DNA of 64,000 bases, from positions 3,616,001-3,680,000 of the forward strand of contig OZ250150.1 in assembly GCA_965237675.1 (NCBI GenBank), read 5' to 3'. The DNA is from Candidatus Latescibacterota bacterium (GTDB taxonomy: Bacteria; Latescibacterota; UBA2968; GCA-2709665). The first letter of the stretch is position 1. Each line of letters begins with the position of its first letter. The translations under genes were made by a program, and so were the position numbers. Under the pieces are notes generated by a model. The model worked only from the letters and a program-made list of their open reading frames with translations, searched no databases and was not told the DNA's origin. This document shows positions 38,696 to 48,590 of this stretch, one piece after another.

Positions 38696-40351
38696 GTGTC
38701 CGACGTCTGGGAAACCGACTATCTGGTCATAGGCAGCGGTATCGCCGGCCTGTCCTTTGCGCTGAGAGCAGCGGAGTCTGCCTCCGTAGTCGTGATTACC
38801 AAAAAGGAGTCCGAGGAGTCAAACACCAACTATGCCCAGGGAGGCATTGCCGCCGTGTTCGATTCTGACGATTCTTTCGGCCTGCACGTGGAGGATACAC
38901 TCGCCGCCGGCGCCGGGCTCTGTCGCAAAGACGTTGTGGAGTTGGTGATTGGACAGGGGCCACGGATGGTCCGGGAATTGATGGCCTGGGGCGCCGCGTT
39001 TACGAAAGGGCCGGACGGCCGCCGCCTGGCGCTTGGGCGAGAGGGTGGGCACACCAGGCATCGGATTGTCCACGCGGCGGATCTGACCGGAAAGGAAATC
39101 GAACGGTCACTTACGGACGCGATCGAGGCCCATCCAAACATAACGCGGTTCGAACATCACATGGCGGTCGACCTGATTACGGAACACCATCTTTTCGGCG
39201 CCAAGAGTGAACCACAGGGACGGATCCATTGCTTGGGCGCCTACGTCCTGGACGCGGCATCCGGCCAGGTCAGGCGGTTTCTGGCGCGGATCACGCTTTT
39301 GTGTTCCGGCGGGGCCGGGCAGATCTACATGCACACAACCAATCCGGGCATTGCAACCGGCGACGGCATCGCCATGGTGTACCGGGCAGGCGCATCGATC
39401 GCCAACCTGGAGTTTATGCAGTTCCACCCCACCACGCTCTACCACCCGGAAAGTGACTGCTTCCTGATTTCCGAGGCCGTGCGCGGTCACGGCGGCGTTC
39501 TGGTTGACCGGAGCGGACGGCCGTTTATGGACGCGTATCACGAAATGGGAGGGCTCGCGCCGCGCGATATCGTCGCCAGGGCAATCGACAACGAATTGAG
39601 GAAAAGCGGCGCTCCCTGCGTATATCTCGACATTACTCACGTTCCCGCCGGCCAGATTCAAGAGCGTTTTCCGAATATTTACCGGCGGTGTCTGGCGTTT
39701 AATATCGACATCACCGAACAGCCCATCCCCGTTGTTCCCGCCGCCCATTATATGTGTGGCGGTGTGTCGACCGACGTCTGGGGCCGCACGGAAATCAACG
39801 GGCTCTACGCCTCCGGCGAAGTGGCCAACACCGGCTTGCACGGCGCCAATCGCCTGGCCAGCAATTCGCTTCTGGAGGCGCTGGTGTTCTCGGATCGGGC
39901 CTATCAACACGCGTCCCGGCACCTGGACGCCGGAATGGCCTTTCCCGCGGTACCAGACTGGCAGGACGACGACGTGTTCAACGCCGAGGAGTGGGTGCTG
40001 TTGGCGCACGACCGCCTGGAGGTTCGGCGATTGATGTGGGATTACGTCGGCATCGTGCGTTCCGACTTCAGGCTGAAACGGGCCGCGAGACGCATTGGCG
40101 TGATTGCCCAGGAGGTAGAGGAGTTCTACAAGCGGACCAAGGTCACGGAAGCACTGTTGGAGTTGAGAAACATCACCACGGTGGCCGCGCTGACGGTTCG
40201 CTGCGCGTTGAGACGAAGAGAAAGTCGTGGGCTCCACTATAACGTCGACTGCCCGGCGGATGGTTCGGCGACGCCTAACGATACGGTTTTGTCCGCCCGT
40301 GAGACCTGGCAATCTTCCGATATCGTCTGGCAGGCCGCCATGGAGATCTGA
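38696..40351 (+). CDS. nadB: L-aspartate oxidase
   Basis: IGSGIAGL, SNTNYAQGGIA, REGGH..HRIVHAAD, QFHPT, AHYMCGG, GLHGANRLASNSLLE, ESRGLHY. Confidence 0.96.
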   Translation: MSDVWETDYLVIGSGIAGLSFALRAAESASVVVITKKESEESNTNYAQGGIAAVFDSDDSFGLHVEDTLAAGAGLCRKDVVELVIGQGPRMVRELMAWGAAFTKGPDGRRLALGREGGHTRHRIVHAADLTGKEIERSLTDAIEAHPNITRFEHHMAVDLITEHHLFGAKSEPQGRIHCLGAYVLDAASGQVRRFLARITLLCSGGAGQIYMHTTNPGIATGDGIAMVYRAGASIANLEFMQFHPTTLYHPESDCFLISEAVRGHGGVLVDRSGRPFMDAYHEMGGLAPRDIVARAIDNELRKSGAPCVYLDITHVPAGQIQERFPNIYRRCLAFNIDITEQPIPVVPAAHYMCGGVSTDVWGRTEINGLYASGEVANTGLHGANRLASNSLLEALVFSDRAYQHASRHLDAGMAFPAVPDWQDDDVFNAEEWVLLAHDRLEVRRLMWDYVGIVRSDFRLKRAARRIGVIAQEVEEFYKRTKVTEALLELRNITTVAALTVRCALRRRESRGLHYNVDCPADGSATPNDTVLSARETWQSSDIVWQAAMEI

Positions 40352-40502
40352 GCGTGGTCGACAACGTGTGGCGAGCGCCTGTCCATTGCGGCGGCAATGG
40401 GTCGAAAGACCCCATCCGCACAGGCCGGTGCCCCGGCCCCGTCGCATCGGAGCCGCCCGTCTTGTTCTTCAGTCGGGACCGCTGCCGCATGGAGGAGTAT
40501 GC

Positions 40503-42302
40503 ATGAAAAACGGCATTGCCGTGCTGGATTTCGGCGGGCAATACGCCCACCTGATTGCGAACCGCATACGTCGGATGCGGGTCTATTCGGAAGTCTTCGT
40601 TCCCACTGTCGATCCTTCTGACATCGATGGTTTTTCAGGTCTGATTTTCTCTGGAGGTCCCGCGAGTGTCTACGATCCGGATCAGCCCGCGTTCAATCCT
40701 GCACACCTGCATTCCGGGCTGCCCGTGCTTGGGCTCTGTTACGGCCATCAACTGGTGTGCCAGGAACTGGGCGGTGAGGTAGCCCGGGGCGATATCCGGG
40801 AATACGGATCGGCGGAGCTACGGATTCGATCGAGCACCGGGCTCTTTGAGGGTATGGAGGCGTCTCAGGTGGTGTGGATGAGCCACGGCGACGTTGCCAG
40901 CCGCCTGCCGGAGGGGTTTGAGGTGCTGGGTACGACGGAAGATTGCGCAACGGCCGCAGTGGGGGACGTACGTCGCGACATCTTCGGGCTTCAATTCCAC
41001 CCCGAGGTTGCGCATACCGCTCGCGGAATGGAAATGCTGGATAATTTCCTGAATATTTGCAATGCCTCGCGTACCTGGACTATGGCTGGATACGCTGAAT
41101 CGGCGATGGAAGAGATTCAAGAGCAGGTCGGTCACAAACGTGTGTTTCTGCTGGTTTCAGGCGGTGTGGATTCAAGCGTGGCCTTCGCGCTGTTCAACAG
41201 GGCGTTGGGACCGGAGCGGGTGCTGGGACTGCACATCAACAACGGGTTTATGCGCAAGGGGGAGTCCGACGCGGTGGCGGAAGCGCTTCGGGCGGAGGGA
41301 TTCGAGAATCTGATTGTCGAGGATGCAACCGAGGAATTCCTGCTGAGTGTGGAGGGCCTGGTCGAGCCCGAACGGAAACGGCTGGCGGTTGGCCGGGCGT
41401 TTCTCGAAGTCAAGGACCGCGTGCTGGGCCGGATGGAACTGGATTCGGACGGCTGGCTGTTGGGGCAGGGAACACTCTACCCGGATACGATCGAGTCTGG
41501 AGGCACCGAGCACTCGGCGGTAATCAAAACCCACCACAATCGCGTGGATAGGGTTGAAGAACTGATCGCCCGCGGACTGGTGATCGAGCCGTTGGTGCAT
41601 CTGTACAAAGATGAAGTGCGCGAACTGGGGCTCGCGCTCGGCCTGCCCCCGCATCTGGTCTGGCGTCAACCCTTTCCCGGACCGGGGCTGTCCGTGCGCT
41701 GCCTCTGCTCCCGTGGCGAACGGTCTGGTGCGGCAGATGCTGATGCCGAGGAAGCGGCGCACGATATCGCCACCCGGGCCGGGCTTGGGCTCCGTGTGCT
41801 GCCGCTTCAGAGCGTGGGCGTACAGGGAGACTTCCGTACCTACGCACACCCGGCGGTGGTTTGGGGAGACGCGGATTGGACGATGCTGGAGGATGTTTCC
41901 ACGCGAATTACGAATGCCGTACGTTCGATCAATCGGGTGATTTATCTGCTGGCGCCAGCGTCACCACCGCCACTGAAGCTGAAGCGGGCATTTCTGACGC
42001 GGCCCCGTCTGGACCTGCTGAGAGAGGTGGATGCGCTCGCGATGGCTGCCCTGGAGCGTGAGGGCCTGTTGATGTCGGTCTCTCAGATGCCCACCGTCTT
42101 ATTGCCGCTGACATCCGACGGCATCGCGGAAACCGTGGCCTTGAGACCTGTGGAGACGCCGGACTTTATGACGGCGCGGTTTTCCGCGCTGTCGTTTGAT
42201 TTTGTGCGGAAACTTGCAGGTGAGATTCTGGCTGAAGAGGGCATCGAGGCGGTGTTTTACGATGTGACGCACAAACCGCCCGGTACGGTCGAGTGGGAAT
42301 AG
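40503..42302 (+). CDS. guaA: GMP synthase (glutamine-hydrolysing), long form
   Basis: LDFGGQY, GLCYGHQ, QFHPEV, SGGVDS, QGTLYPD.IES, IKTHHN, FPGPGL, KPPGTVEWE. Confidence 0.96.
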   Translation: MKNGIAVLDFGGQYAHLIANRIRRMRVYSEVFVPTVDPSDIDGFSGLIFSGGPASVYDPDQPAFNPAHLHSGLPVLGLCYGHQLVCQELGGEVARGDIREYGSAELRIRSSTGLFEGMEASQVVWMSHGDVASRLPEGFEVLGTTEDCATAAVGDVRRDIFGLQFHPEVAHTARGMEMLDNFLNICNASRTWTMAGYAESAMEEIQEQVGHKRVFLLVSGGVDSSVAFALFNRALGPERVLGLHINNGFMRKGESDAVAEALRAEGFENLIVEDATEEFLLSVEGLVEPERKRLAVGRAFLEVKDRVLGRMELDSDGWLLGQGTLYPDTIESGGTEHSAVIKTHHNRVDRVEELIARGLVIEPLVHLYKDEVRELGLALGLPPHLVWRQPFPGPGLSVRCLCSRGERSGAADADAEEAAHDIATRAGLGLRVLPLQSVGVQGDFRTYAHPAVVWGDADWTMLEDVSTRITNAVRSINRVIYLLAPASPPPLKLKRAFLTRPRLDLLREVDALAMAALEREGLLMSVSQMPTVLLPLTSDGIAETVALRPVETPDFMTARFSALSFDFVRKLAGEILAEEGIEAVFYDVTHKPPGTVEWE

Positions 42303-42404
42303 AGTCAGGATCCCGGAACCTCATCCCGGCTGCGACGGTTTCATCCGTGGCGCGGTCCGGACCATCGCAACCTGGCAATACATCCGCAAGTGGAGGAGCG
42401 GACC

Positions 42405-42842
42405 ATGAATGAAGTCAACTATATCGCTGTCTTGATTGCCGGTATTGTACCGATGATCGTTGGCGCCATCTGGTATGGCCCGCTGTTTGGAAAGCGGTGG
42501 CTTGAATACATGGAGACGACCGAGGAGGAGATACGGAAGGACTTCAACCCGGTCAAGACATACGGCGTGAGCTTTTTGCTGGCGCTTATCACCGCGTACA
42601 TCCTGGCTCAGCTTCTCGCCGGTATGGGCGGGCCCGGGAATGTCTCTTCAATGACGGGCAGCGGAGGGAATGGGATGGTTGGCCTCCACCTGGCGCTGAT
42701 GGCGTTGATCGCCTTTGTGTTGCCCGTGGCGTACCAGTCTGTGGCGTTCGAGGGGCGGAAGTCGGGCCTTTTCTGGCTCAGCCTGGGGTACAACGGGGTC
42801 GCGCTTTTCGGACAGGCGCTGGTCATCGGGATTTGGATCTGA
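42405..42842 (+). CDS. DUF1761 family membrane protein
   Basis: NYIAVLIA...GAIWYGPLFGKRW; four TM segments; GGAGGAG RBS. Confidence 0.85.
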   Translation: MNEVNYIAVLIAGIVPMIVGAIWYGPLFGKRWLEYMETTEEEIRKDFNPVKTYGVSFLLALITAYILAQLLAGMGGPGNVSSMTGSGGNGMVGLHLALMALIAFVLPVAYQSVAFEGRKSGLFWLSLGYNGVALFGQALVIGIWI

Positions 42843-43037
42843 CGCGATGCCCCCGCCGTCTCTCAGTTCACAGCGGCTCGAATCGTGGTCGGACCGGGCG
42901 ACGGCGCGATCCGTCACGCGGTGCGCCTGAGATGAAGCGCGAATACGGGAAAGGGGGATGGCAAGAAGCCGGGGGAGAATACAAAGACGTCGATTCGGAA
43001 CGGGAGAGGTATCGAAGTCGGTTGTGGATCCGACCGG

Positions 43038-43712
43038 TCAGTCGGAGGCGACGGCCGTTTTTTCGTCCAGTGCAAAGCGATCAACTGAGACGGATTGCTC
43101 AAGAAGCCGGTGGCGGGCGGCAAAAGCGGCCTTGACCCTGGAACCGAGAAGGACGCAGGTGAAGAAGACGGCGCCGCCGGCGAGCATGAGGTTGGTCAGG
43201 TTGAGCAGGTTGCCAATCATGACAATGAGCAAATACCGCGGAAATCGACCGAGGAACACGGCGACGAGGTATCTCGGGAAGGGATAACCGCTTGCGGGAC
43301 TGAGAATCCGGAATATGTAGAACGGTATGAACGGAACCAGCGCCGCGAACCAGATCGAAAAAAAGGGCGCTTTCATGAAATAATGGACAGCGCCCTTGTA
43401 GACATCGCTCTCGCGGGTCCGCTTGATCCTGGGGTTCCGAAAGGCGAAGTTGATGGCCCGATAATCCACGAAGCAGGCGATCATCGTGCCCGCAACGGCG
43501 GCGAACGCGGCCACGACGGGATGGTAGGATCGGCCGAGGAAAACGAGCGCGGCTTCATGGGGGAAGGGAACGAAAGAGTTGGCGGGAATGCTGTAGAAGA
43601 AAAGAAGCGAAAGGTTGCGGTAATCCGGCAACAGGAGCGCCATAACGCCGGCCACTGTGAACAGGCCGGCGGACGCACCGAGAAACCTTTTCCAGCCCTG
43701 ACTGATTTTCAT
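43038..43712 (-). CDS. VTT/DedA (YqaA-like) membrane protein
   Basis: VPFPHE, AVAGTMIA, VPFIPF, AVFLGRFPRY. TTGACA-N17-TATATT promoter at 43782-43754. Confidence 0.8.
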   Translation of the reverse strand: MKISQGWKRFLGASAGLFTVAGVMALLLPDYRNLSLLFFYSIPANSFVPFPHEAALVFLGRSYHPVVAAFAAVAGTMIACFVDYRAINFAFRNPRIKRTRESDVYKGAVHYFMKAPFFSIWFAALVPFIPFYIFRILSPASGYPFPRYLVAVFLGRFPRYLLIVMIGNLLNLTNLMLAGGAVFFTCVLLGSRVKAAFAARHRLLEQSVSVDRFALDEKTAVASD

Positions 43713-43856
43713 AGCGGACAGACCCGTGTTCGGAAGGGAAATTCAGACGTCATAATATAAGTAGATCTTTTGAATGTGTCAATGTGTTTTTAGTGGGCGT
43801 TCTGAATGGTACCGATTTGGCGACGTAATACCGATGCTGTCCGCGGTGTACGATAC

Positions 43857-45209
43857 CTAAAACGTGCTATCCGTTGTGGTTTCCGGGCACCAGCGGGCCG
43901 TGGTCAACGCCGGGATGAGGGCGTTCAGCGCAGCGGAAGTACCGATTCGTCTGAGCGCTTCGGCCGCGTTGCCGCGCACGTACCGGTTGCAGTCCGCAAG
44001 CGCAGCGAGGAGGTCCGGAACGGCGGATTCCGCTCCCGGTCCAAGCTTGGCCAGGGCCAGTGCAGCGGTGCGACGCGTGTCGCCCGAGGCGTCGTCCAGT
44101 TGTTTGCTCAGGCCTGAAATCACGCCAGGTTCAGCAACGGCGATATTGCCCAGGGCCTCCGCAGACCAACGGCGGACGTCCGGATTTCCGTGTTCGAGCG
44201 CGTCGACCATGGGGGGTACGGCCTCGTTGGCGCCTCCTCCGATATCCGCCAGGATCTCTGCGGCGATGGCCGGGCCGTTTTCAATCCTTTCAATCACACT
44301 GGGAACCGCTGGCGCACCCATCGCACTAAGGGCATAGGCCGAGTTGCGGCGAACCGATTCCGTCTTGTCTTCCAGAAGTTTCATAAGGGTCGGTATGGCG
44401 GGTGTCCCGATCGCGGCGAGCCGGTAGGCCGCATTCAGGGCGATGTCTTCGTGTGCGTGGCAAAGGTCGCGCGCAATACCGTCCACCGGAGCGTTTACGG
44501 CACTTGTGGAGGAACGTCCCCGGTGCCAGTGCCAGAGGTGGTCCCAAAGCCGGGAGCGTGGTTCCGCGTCATTCCAGCCATTCAGCGTCCGGCACCCGGA
44601 CGCTGAATGCTGCCAGCTTGGACTGACAGGTTCCTGCATTCGCACAAACAGGAATTTCATCATGTAACGGGACCGGTCGGCGGTATTCGACATCGCACGG
44701 TGCCAAAGGTCGTAGTGTACGATCGTGACGTCACCCGCCTCACCGCAAAGTGGCAGTTCGTCGCTATCGTCTGCGCTATAGGTGTTGTTGAAGTGACTGC
44801 CCGGCACCACGCAGGTGGGGCCCAGGCGCTCCGGCGTCGGCTGAGGATAATAAAACGCCATGGCCCATCGTGTATGGTGGTGCCGCCGGCTCCAGCCGTC
44901 CTTGTGCATGCGTTGGCCGGGGCTATCCGGCGGGTTGCGATGGCAGTGTCGATGAGGATGCATATAATAGTCGGTACCCAGAAGACCGGTGAGCGCGCCG
45001 GCCACGTTCGGGTCATCGAAGACCTGCCTTATTGCGGGTAACCTGGGCAGAAGGTTATTGCCGGGGTTACCCTCTTTTGTGAATATGCAATCGGTACGAT
45101 CGTAGATGTCTTTGTGAAACTCCGGAGGAAGATCGGTCCCAACGGTAATGAAACCGTTGACGACGTAGAACCGCATCTGTTCGTCTGTGAGCAGCTTGAT
45201 TTCCCGCAT
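43857..45209 (-). CDS. PhyH-family dioxygenase fused to C-terminal HEAT (PBS-lyase-like) repeats
   Basis: FYVVNGF, MHKDG, GPTCVVPGSH, DLWHRA..N...RYM; then about six repeats like VRRWSAEALGNI. Confidence 0.88.
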   Translation of the reverse strand: MREIKLLTDEQMRFYVVNGFITVGTDLPPEFHKDIYDRTDCIFTKEGNPGNNLLPRLPAIRQVFDDPNVAGALTGLLGTDYYMHPHRHCHRNPPDSPGQRMHKDGWSRRHHHTRWAMAFYYPQPTPERLGPTCVVPGSHFNNTYSADDSDELPLCGEAGDVTIVHYDLWHRAMSNTADRSRYMMKFLFVRMQEPVSPSWQHSASGCRTLNGWNDAEPRSRLWDHLWHWHRGRSSTSAVNAPVDGIARDLCHAHEDIALNAAYRLAAIGTPAIPTLMKLLEDKTESVRRNSAYALSAMGAPAVPSVIERIENGPAIAAEILADIGGGANEAVPPMVDALEHGNPDVRRWSAEALGNIAVAEPGVISGLSKQLDDASGDTRRTAALALAKLGPGAESAVPDLLAALADCNRYVRGNAAEALRRIGTSAALNALIPALTTARWCPETTTDSTF

Positions 45210-45231
45210 GGAAGAACCTCTCCTTCCGACT

Positions 45232-46419
45232 TTACATCGGCCGACGACCGGATTGCCGAGGGTGCGCCAGCAGGGCTTCCTCGACGACTTCCGTGCCCCA
45301 GCCCGCACCGGCGGGGATGGCCATACGCCCATCGACGATCCGGGGCGGGTTCGTAACCAGGTCGTCTTTCCACGGCACGTCGTCGATGTCGATCTCCATG
45401 ATACGAACGTTGGGCAGCACGGCGCAAAGGCTCGCGCTGATGAACGATGCGAGATGGCTGTAGTAGTTGTGCGGTGCCACGTTCAGCTGATAGACTTCGG
45501 CGAGGTCTCCAATCTTCTTTGTCTGCGCGAAGCCGTTCCACGGTACGTCAACCATGAACACGTCGGCCGCGTGGCGTTCAAAATACGGGATATAGCCGCG
45601 CATGTGGAATAAATTTTCGCCGGTGCAGATGGGGGTGGTGGTGGACTGTTTGATCCGCAGGATGGCCTCAGGGTTGTACATGTCTATTTCAAGCCAGAGC
45701 AGTCTGAACGGTTCCAGGGTTTTCGCGATGCGCATGCACGCTTCCGGTTTGAAGTTGAAGTTGAGATCCAGGTTGAGGTCGAAATCGGGCCCCACGGCGT
45801 CCCTGAGGGTTCCCACGAGGGCTTCGATATGGGTCAGCATGCGTGTGGAAATGGCCTGGTCGGTCGTCCCGGGTCCCCCGGAAAAACCGGGAAAGTAGAC
45901 CGAACCGGGATTGCCTGGCAAAAGGATGTTGGTCTTGAGCGCGGTGAAGCCGCGTTGAACGACTTCCCGGCCCAGCGCGGCTACGTCACTCAGGTCTCGC
46001 ACCGGCGGCGTTCCGATGAGTTCGTGCGCCCGGATGCGGCTCGTGCCGCAGTGCGACCAGTAGAGACGGATATCGTCACGGGTCGGACCCCCGAAAAGCT
46101 CGGTTACGGATATCCCGAGGGACCGTGCTTTAATGTCGACGAGGGCCAGTTCTATTCCGGCGATGGCTTTGGCGGTCGCGCCGTCCGGGCTCTGGCGGCC
46201 CCACCGGGCCATATCCCAGAATCGCATTTCAAATGGACGCGGATCCCGGCCGATGAGCACGGGCTTGAGGTCTTCGATGGCGCCCTCGATGCTGAGGGGC
46301 ATTTTGTCGTCGCTGCATTCGCCCCATCCGGTGATACCGCTGTCGGTCTCGACCTTGACGAATAACCAGCAACGCCAGCCCGCGTCGACGTGGAACGTCC
46401 GGATGTCGGTGATTCTCAT
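45232..46419 (-). CDS. Mandelate racemase/muconate-lactonising enzyme family protein
   Basis: FVKVETDSGITGWGE, AGIELALVDIKAR, GFTALK, CTGEN, APHN. Confidence 0.92.
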   Translation of the reverse strand: MRITDIRTFHVDAGWRCWLFVKVETDSGITGWGECSDDKMPLSIEGAIEDLKPVLIGRDPRPFEMRFWDMARWGRQSPDGATAKAIAGIELALVDIKARSLGISVTELFGGPTRDDIRLYWSHCGTSRIRAHELIGTPPVRDLSDVAALGREVVQRGFTALKTNILLPGNPGSVYFPGFSGGPGTTDQAISTRMLTHIEALVGTLRDAVGPDFDLNLDLNFNFKPEACMRIAKTLEPFRLLWLEIDMYNPEAILRIKQSTTTPICTGENLFHMRGYIPYFERHAADVFMVDVPWNGFAQTKKIGDLAEVYQLNVAPHNYYSHLASFISASLCAVLPNVRIMEIDIDDVPWKDDLVTNPPRIVDGRMAIPAGAGWGTEVVEEALLAHPRQSGRRPM

Positions 46420-46634
46420 TGTACCTGCCCTTTCCGCGATTCAGTACCGCCCGGTGGTGTACCGCGATTCGACCCGTCCGCCAGTGTCCGCGTTTCCGTT
46501 GTCACGCGATGATTACCGCGATCGGGTGGGGAACGGCGGCTAACTGGTTTCTATCCGGTTTTTCGCTTTCGTTACGCACTCTGTTCAATGAAATGATACT
46601 TCAGGGTGAGGCCCTGCTCCGTTAGGCGCCACAT

Positions 46635-46672
46635 AAAGAAACAGGGGGTGCTGTTCGCCCCCCTGTTTCTTT
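46635..46672 (-). terminator. Rho-independent terminator after glnA
   Basis: AAAGAAACAGGGGG...CCCCCTGTTTCTTT hairpin. Confidence 0.8.
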
Positions 46673-46698
46673 AATTGCGTGTTGTCTGCTGTTGGGAA

Positions 46699-48117
46699 CT
46701 ACGCGTCGAAATAAAGCGCGAATTCGTAAGGATGCGGCCTCAGTCGGAGCGCGTCGATCTCGTTCTCCCTCTTGTAACTGATCCACGTATCGATCACGTC
46801 TTTCGTGAAAACGTCACCCTTGAGAAGGAATTCGTGATCGGCTTCCAGCGCGTCGATGGATTCGGCCAGCGATCCGGGAGTCTGGGGAATCTTGGCCAGT
46901 TCTTCGGGCTCCAGTTCGTAGAGATCCTTGTCCAGGGGTTCGCCCGGATCGATCTTGTTCCGGATCCCATCCAGGCCGGCCATAAGCATGGCTGCGAATG
47001 CCAGGTAGGGGTTACACGTGGGGTCCGGACAGCGAAACTCGATCCGCTTGGCCTTCGGGCTGGGGGAATACATCGGGATGCGCACGCACGCGCTTCGATT
47101 GCGCTGGGAGTACGCCAGGTTGACCGGGGCCTCGTATCCGGGTACGAGACGTTTGTAGGAGTTCGTGGTGGGCGCGGCGAAAGCCAGCAGCGCCGGTGCG
47201 TGCTTGAGGATCCCGCCGGCGTAATGGAGCGCCGCGTCGCTCAAGCCCGCGTATCCGGAGCCCGCGAACAGGGGGTCGTCGCCGTTCCAGAGGCTCTGGT
47301 GGACGTGCATCCCGGTGCCGTTGTCTTCAAAGAGCGGCTTGGGCATAAATGTGGCGGTCTTGCCGTGCCGTTTTGCGGTGTTCTTCACGATCCACTTGTA
47401 CTTGATGAGTTGATCGGCGCACGATACAAGCGGTGCGAAGCGGAAATCGATTTCGCATTGGCCGCCGGTCGCCACTTCATGGTGGTGCGCTTCCACATTG
47501 ATTCCGCAGTCGATCATATGCAGGATCATTTCGCTCCGGATATCCTGCAGGGTGTCGGTGGGAGGCAGTGGAAAGTACCCCTCCTTGTAGCCGGGCTTGT
47601 AACCCAGGTTCGGGCCCTCGTCGCGACCGGTATTCCATCGGCCTTCCACGGAATCGACGTGGTAGTAGCCCGAGTTGGGGGTCTGGTCGAAGCGGATATC
47701 GTCGAAAACGAAAAATTCGGCCTCGGGGCCGAAGGTGGCCAGATCCGCGATTCCCGTGGATTGCAGGTAATTCTCGGCCTTTCGCGCCACGGTTCTCGGA
47801 TCGCGTGTGTAGCGTTCTCTCGTGATCGGGTCTTCAATGTCACAGATCATCGCGAGCGTGGGGATTTCAAGGAACGGATCGATAAACGCCGTATTGGAAT
47901 CGGGCACGACGAGCATATCGCTTTCGTCGATGGACTGCCATCCCCGGATGCTGGAACCGTCGAAGCCGAGGCCGTCTTCGAAGGTGTCCGCATCGACTTC
48001 GCCCGCGGGCAGGGAAAAGTGCTGCCACTGCCCCGGAAAGTCCGTAAACCGGAAGTCTACGATTTTAACGTCGTTTTCCTTGATCATGTCCAGGACTTCT
48101 TGAGACGTTCGGCCCAT
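46699..48117 (-). CDS. glnA: Glutamine synthetase type I
   Basis: [52 protein letters not shown] adenylylation region. Confidence 0.97.
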   Translation of the reverse strand: MGRTSQEVLDMIKENDVKIVDFRFTDFPGQWQHFSLPAGEVDADTFEDGLGFDGSSIRGWQSIDESDMLVVPDSNTAFIDPFLEIPTLAMICDIEDPITRERYTRDPRTVARKAENYLQSTGIADLATFGPEAEFFVFDDIRFDQTPNSGYYHVDSVEGRWNTGRDEGPNLGYKPGYKEGYFPLPPTDTLQDIRSEMILHMIDCGINVEAHHHEVATGGQCEIDFRFAPLVSCADQLIKYKWIVKNTAKRHGKTATFMPKPLFEDNGTGMHVHQSLWNGDDPLFAGSGYAGLSDAALHYAGGILKHAPALLAFAAPTTNSYKRLVPGYEAPVNLAYSQRNRSACVRIPMYSPSPKAKRIEFRCPDPTCNPYLAFAAMLMAGLDGIRNKIDPGEPLDKDLYELEPEELAKIPQTPGSLAESIDALEADHEFLLKGDVFTKDVIDTWISYKRENEIDALRLRPHPYEFALYFDA

Positions 48118-48277
48118 TCTGCGGCTCCTTTCGCGCGTTGGGAGTTTATGCGGTCTTTATATTTATGTCAGAACGAATCCGTTACGGAGCAAATATACGG
48201 GACATATATTTCGTTTATATTTCTATTTTATTAAATCTATGTTAATAGATGCGTCTGCGGGCCAGGCAGGGATATCG

Positions 48278-48294
48278 TGGCAGATGCATTGCCA
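48278..48294. promoter_or_regulatory. Candidate sigma54 -24/-12 site readable on both strands
   Basis: TGGCAATGCATCTGC on the minus strand (toward glnA) and TGGCAGATGCATTGC on the plus strand; both are GG-N10-GC. Confidence 0.45.
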
Positions 48295-48356
48295 CCGGCA
48301 TTGCGGCACAGGCGCAGGGACTCGATTTTCCCCGTTCCGCCGCTGCCCCAAAAGGC

Positions 48357-48385
48357 TTGACAATGCAGTTGCATTCGTTTATCAT
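48357..48385 (+). promoter_or_regulatory. Sigma70 promoter of the hrcA operon
   Basis: TTGACA-N17-TATCAT with an AATGCA-GT-TGCATT palindrome between the boxes. Confidence 0.7.
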
Positions 48386-48590
48386 TTCTTGGAATATGGC
48401 GTTAGCCAGGTTCCGAAAACTGAAACAGCCTCCTGCCATCCGGGTTGGTGTTGCCGTACGGTATGCATTGAACGCCGCCCTTCATGCATTGTAATTCTCC
48501 CCCGGAAGAAGCCGTCGAAGGGTTATTTTCTTCTACTTAACGGGCATCTCCCCCGGCCCCCGCGGTTTTTCTCTGACTCCAGGAGAAGGG

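Noticed and set aside
46675-48234. Long antisense ORFs (also 39107..40447, 34895..36415, 54474..55853, 58012..59277, 13550..14608)
   Set aside because: They mirror well-supported genes on the opposite strand, as expected from GC-rich codon bias.
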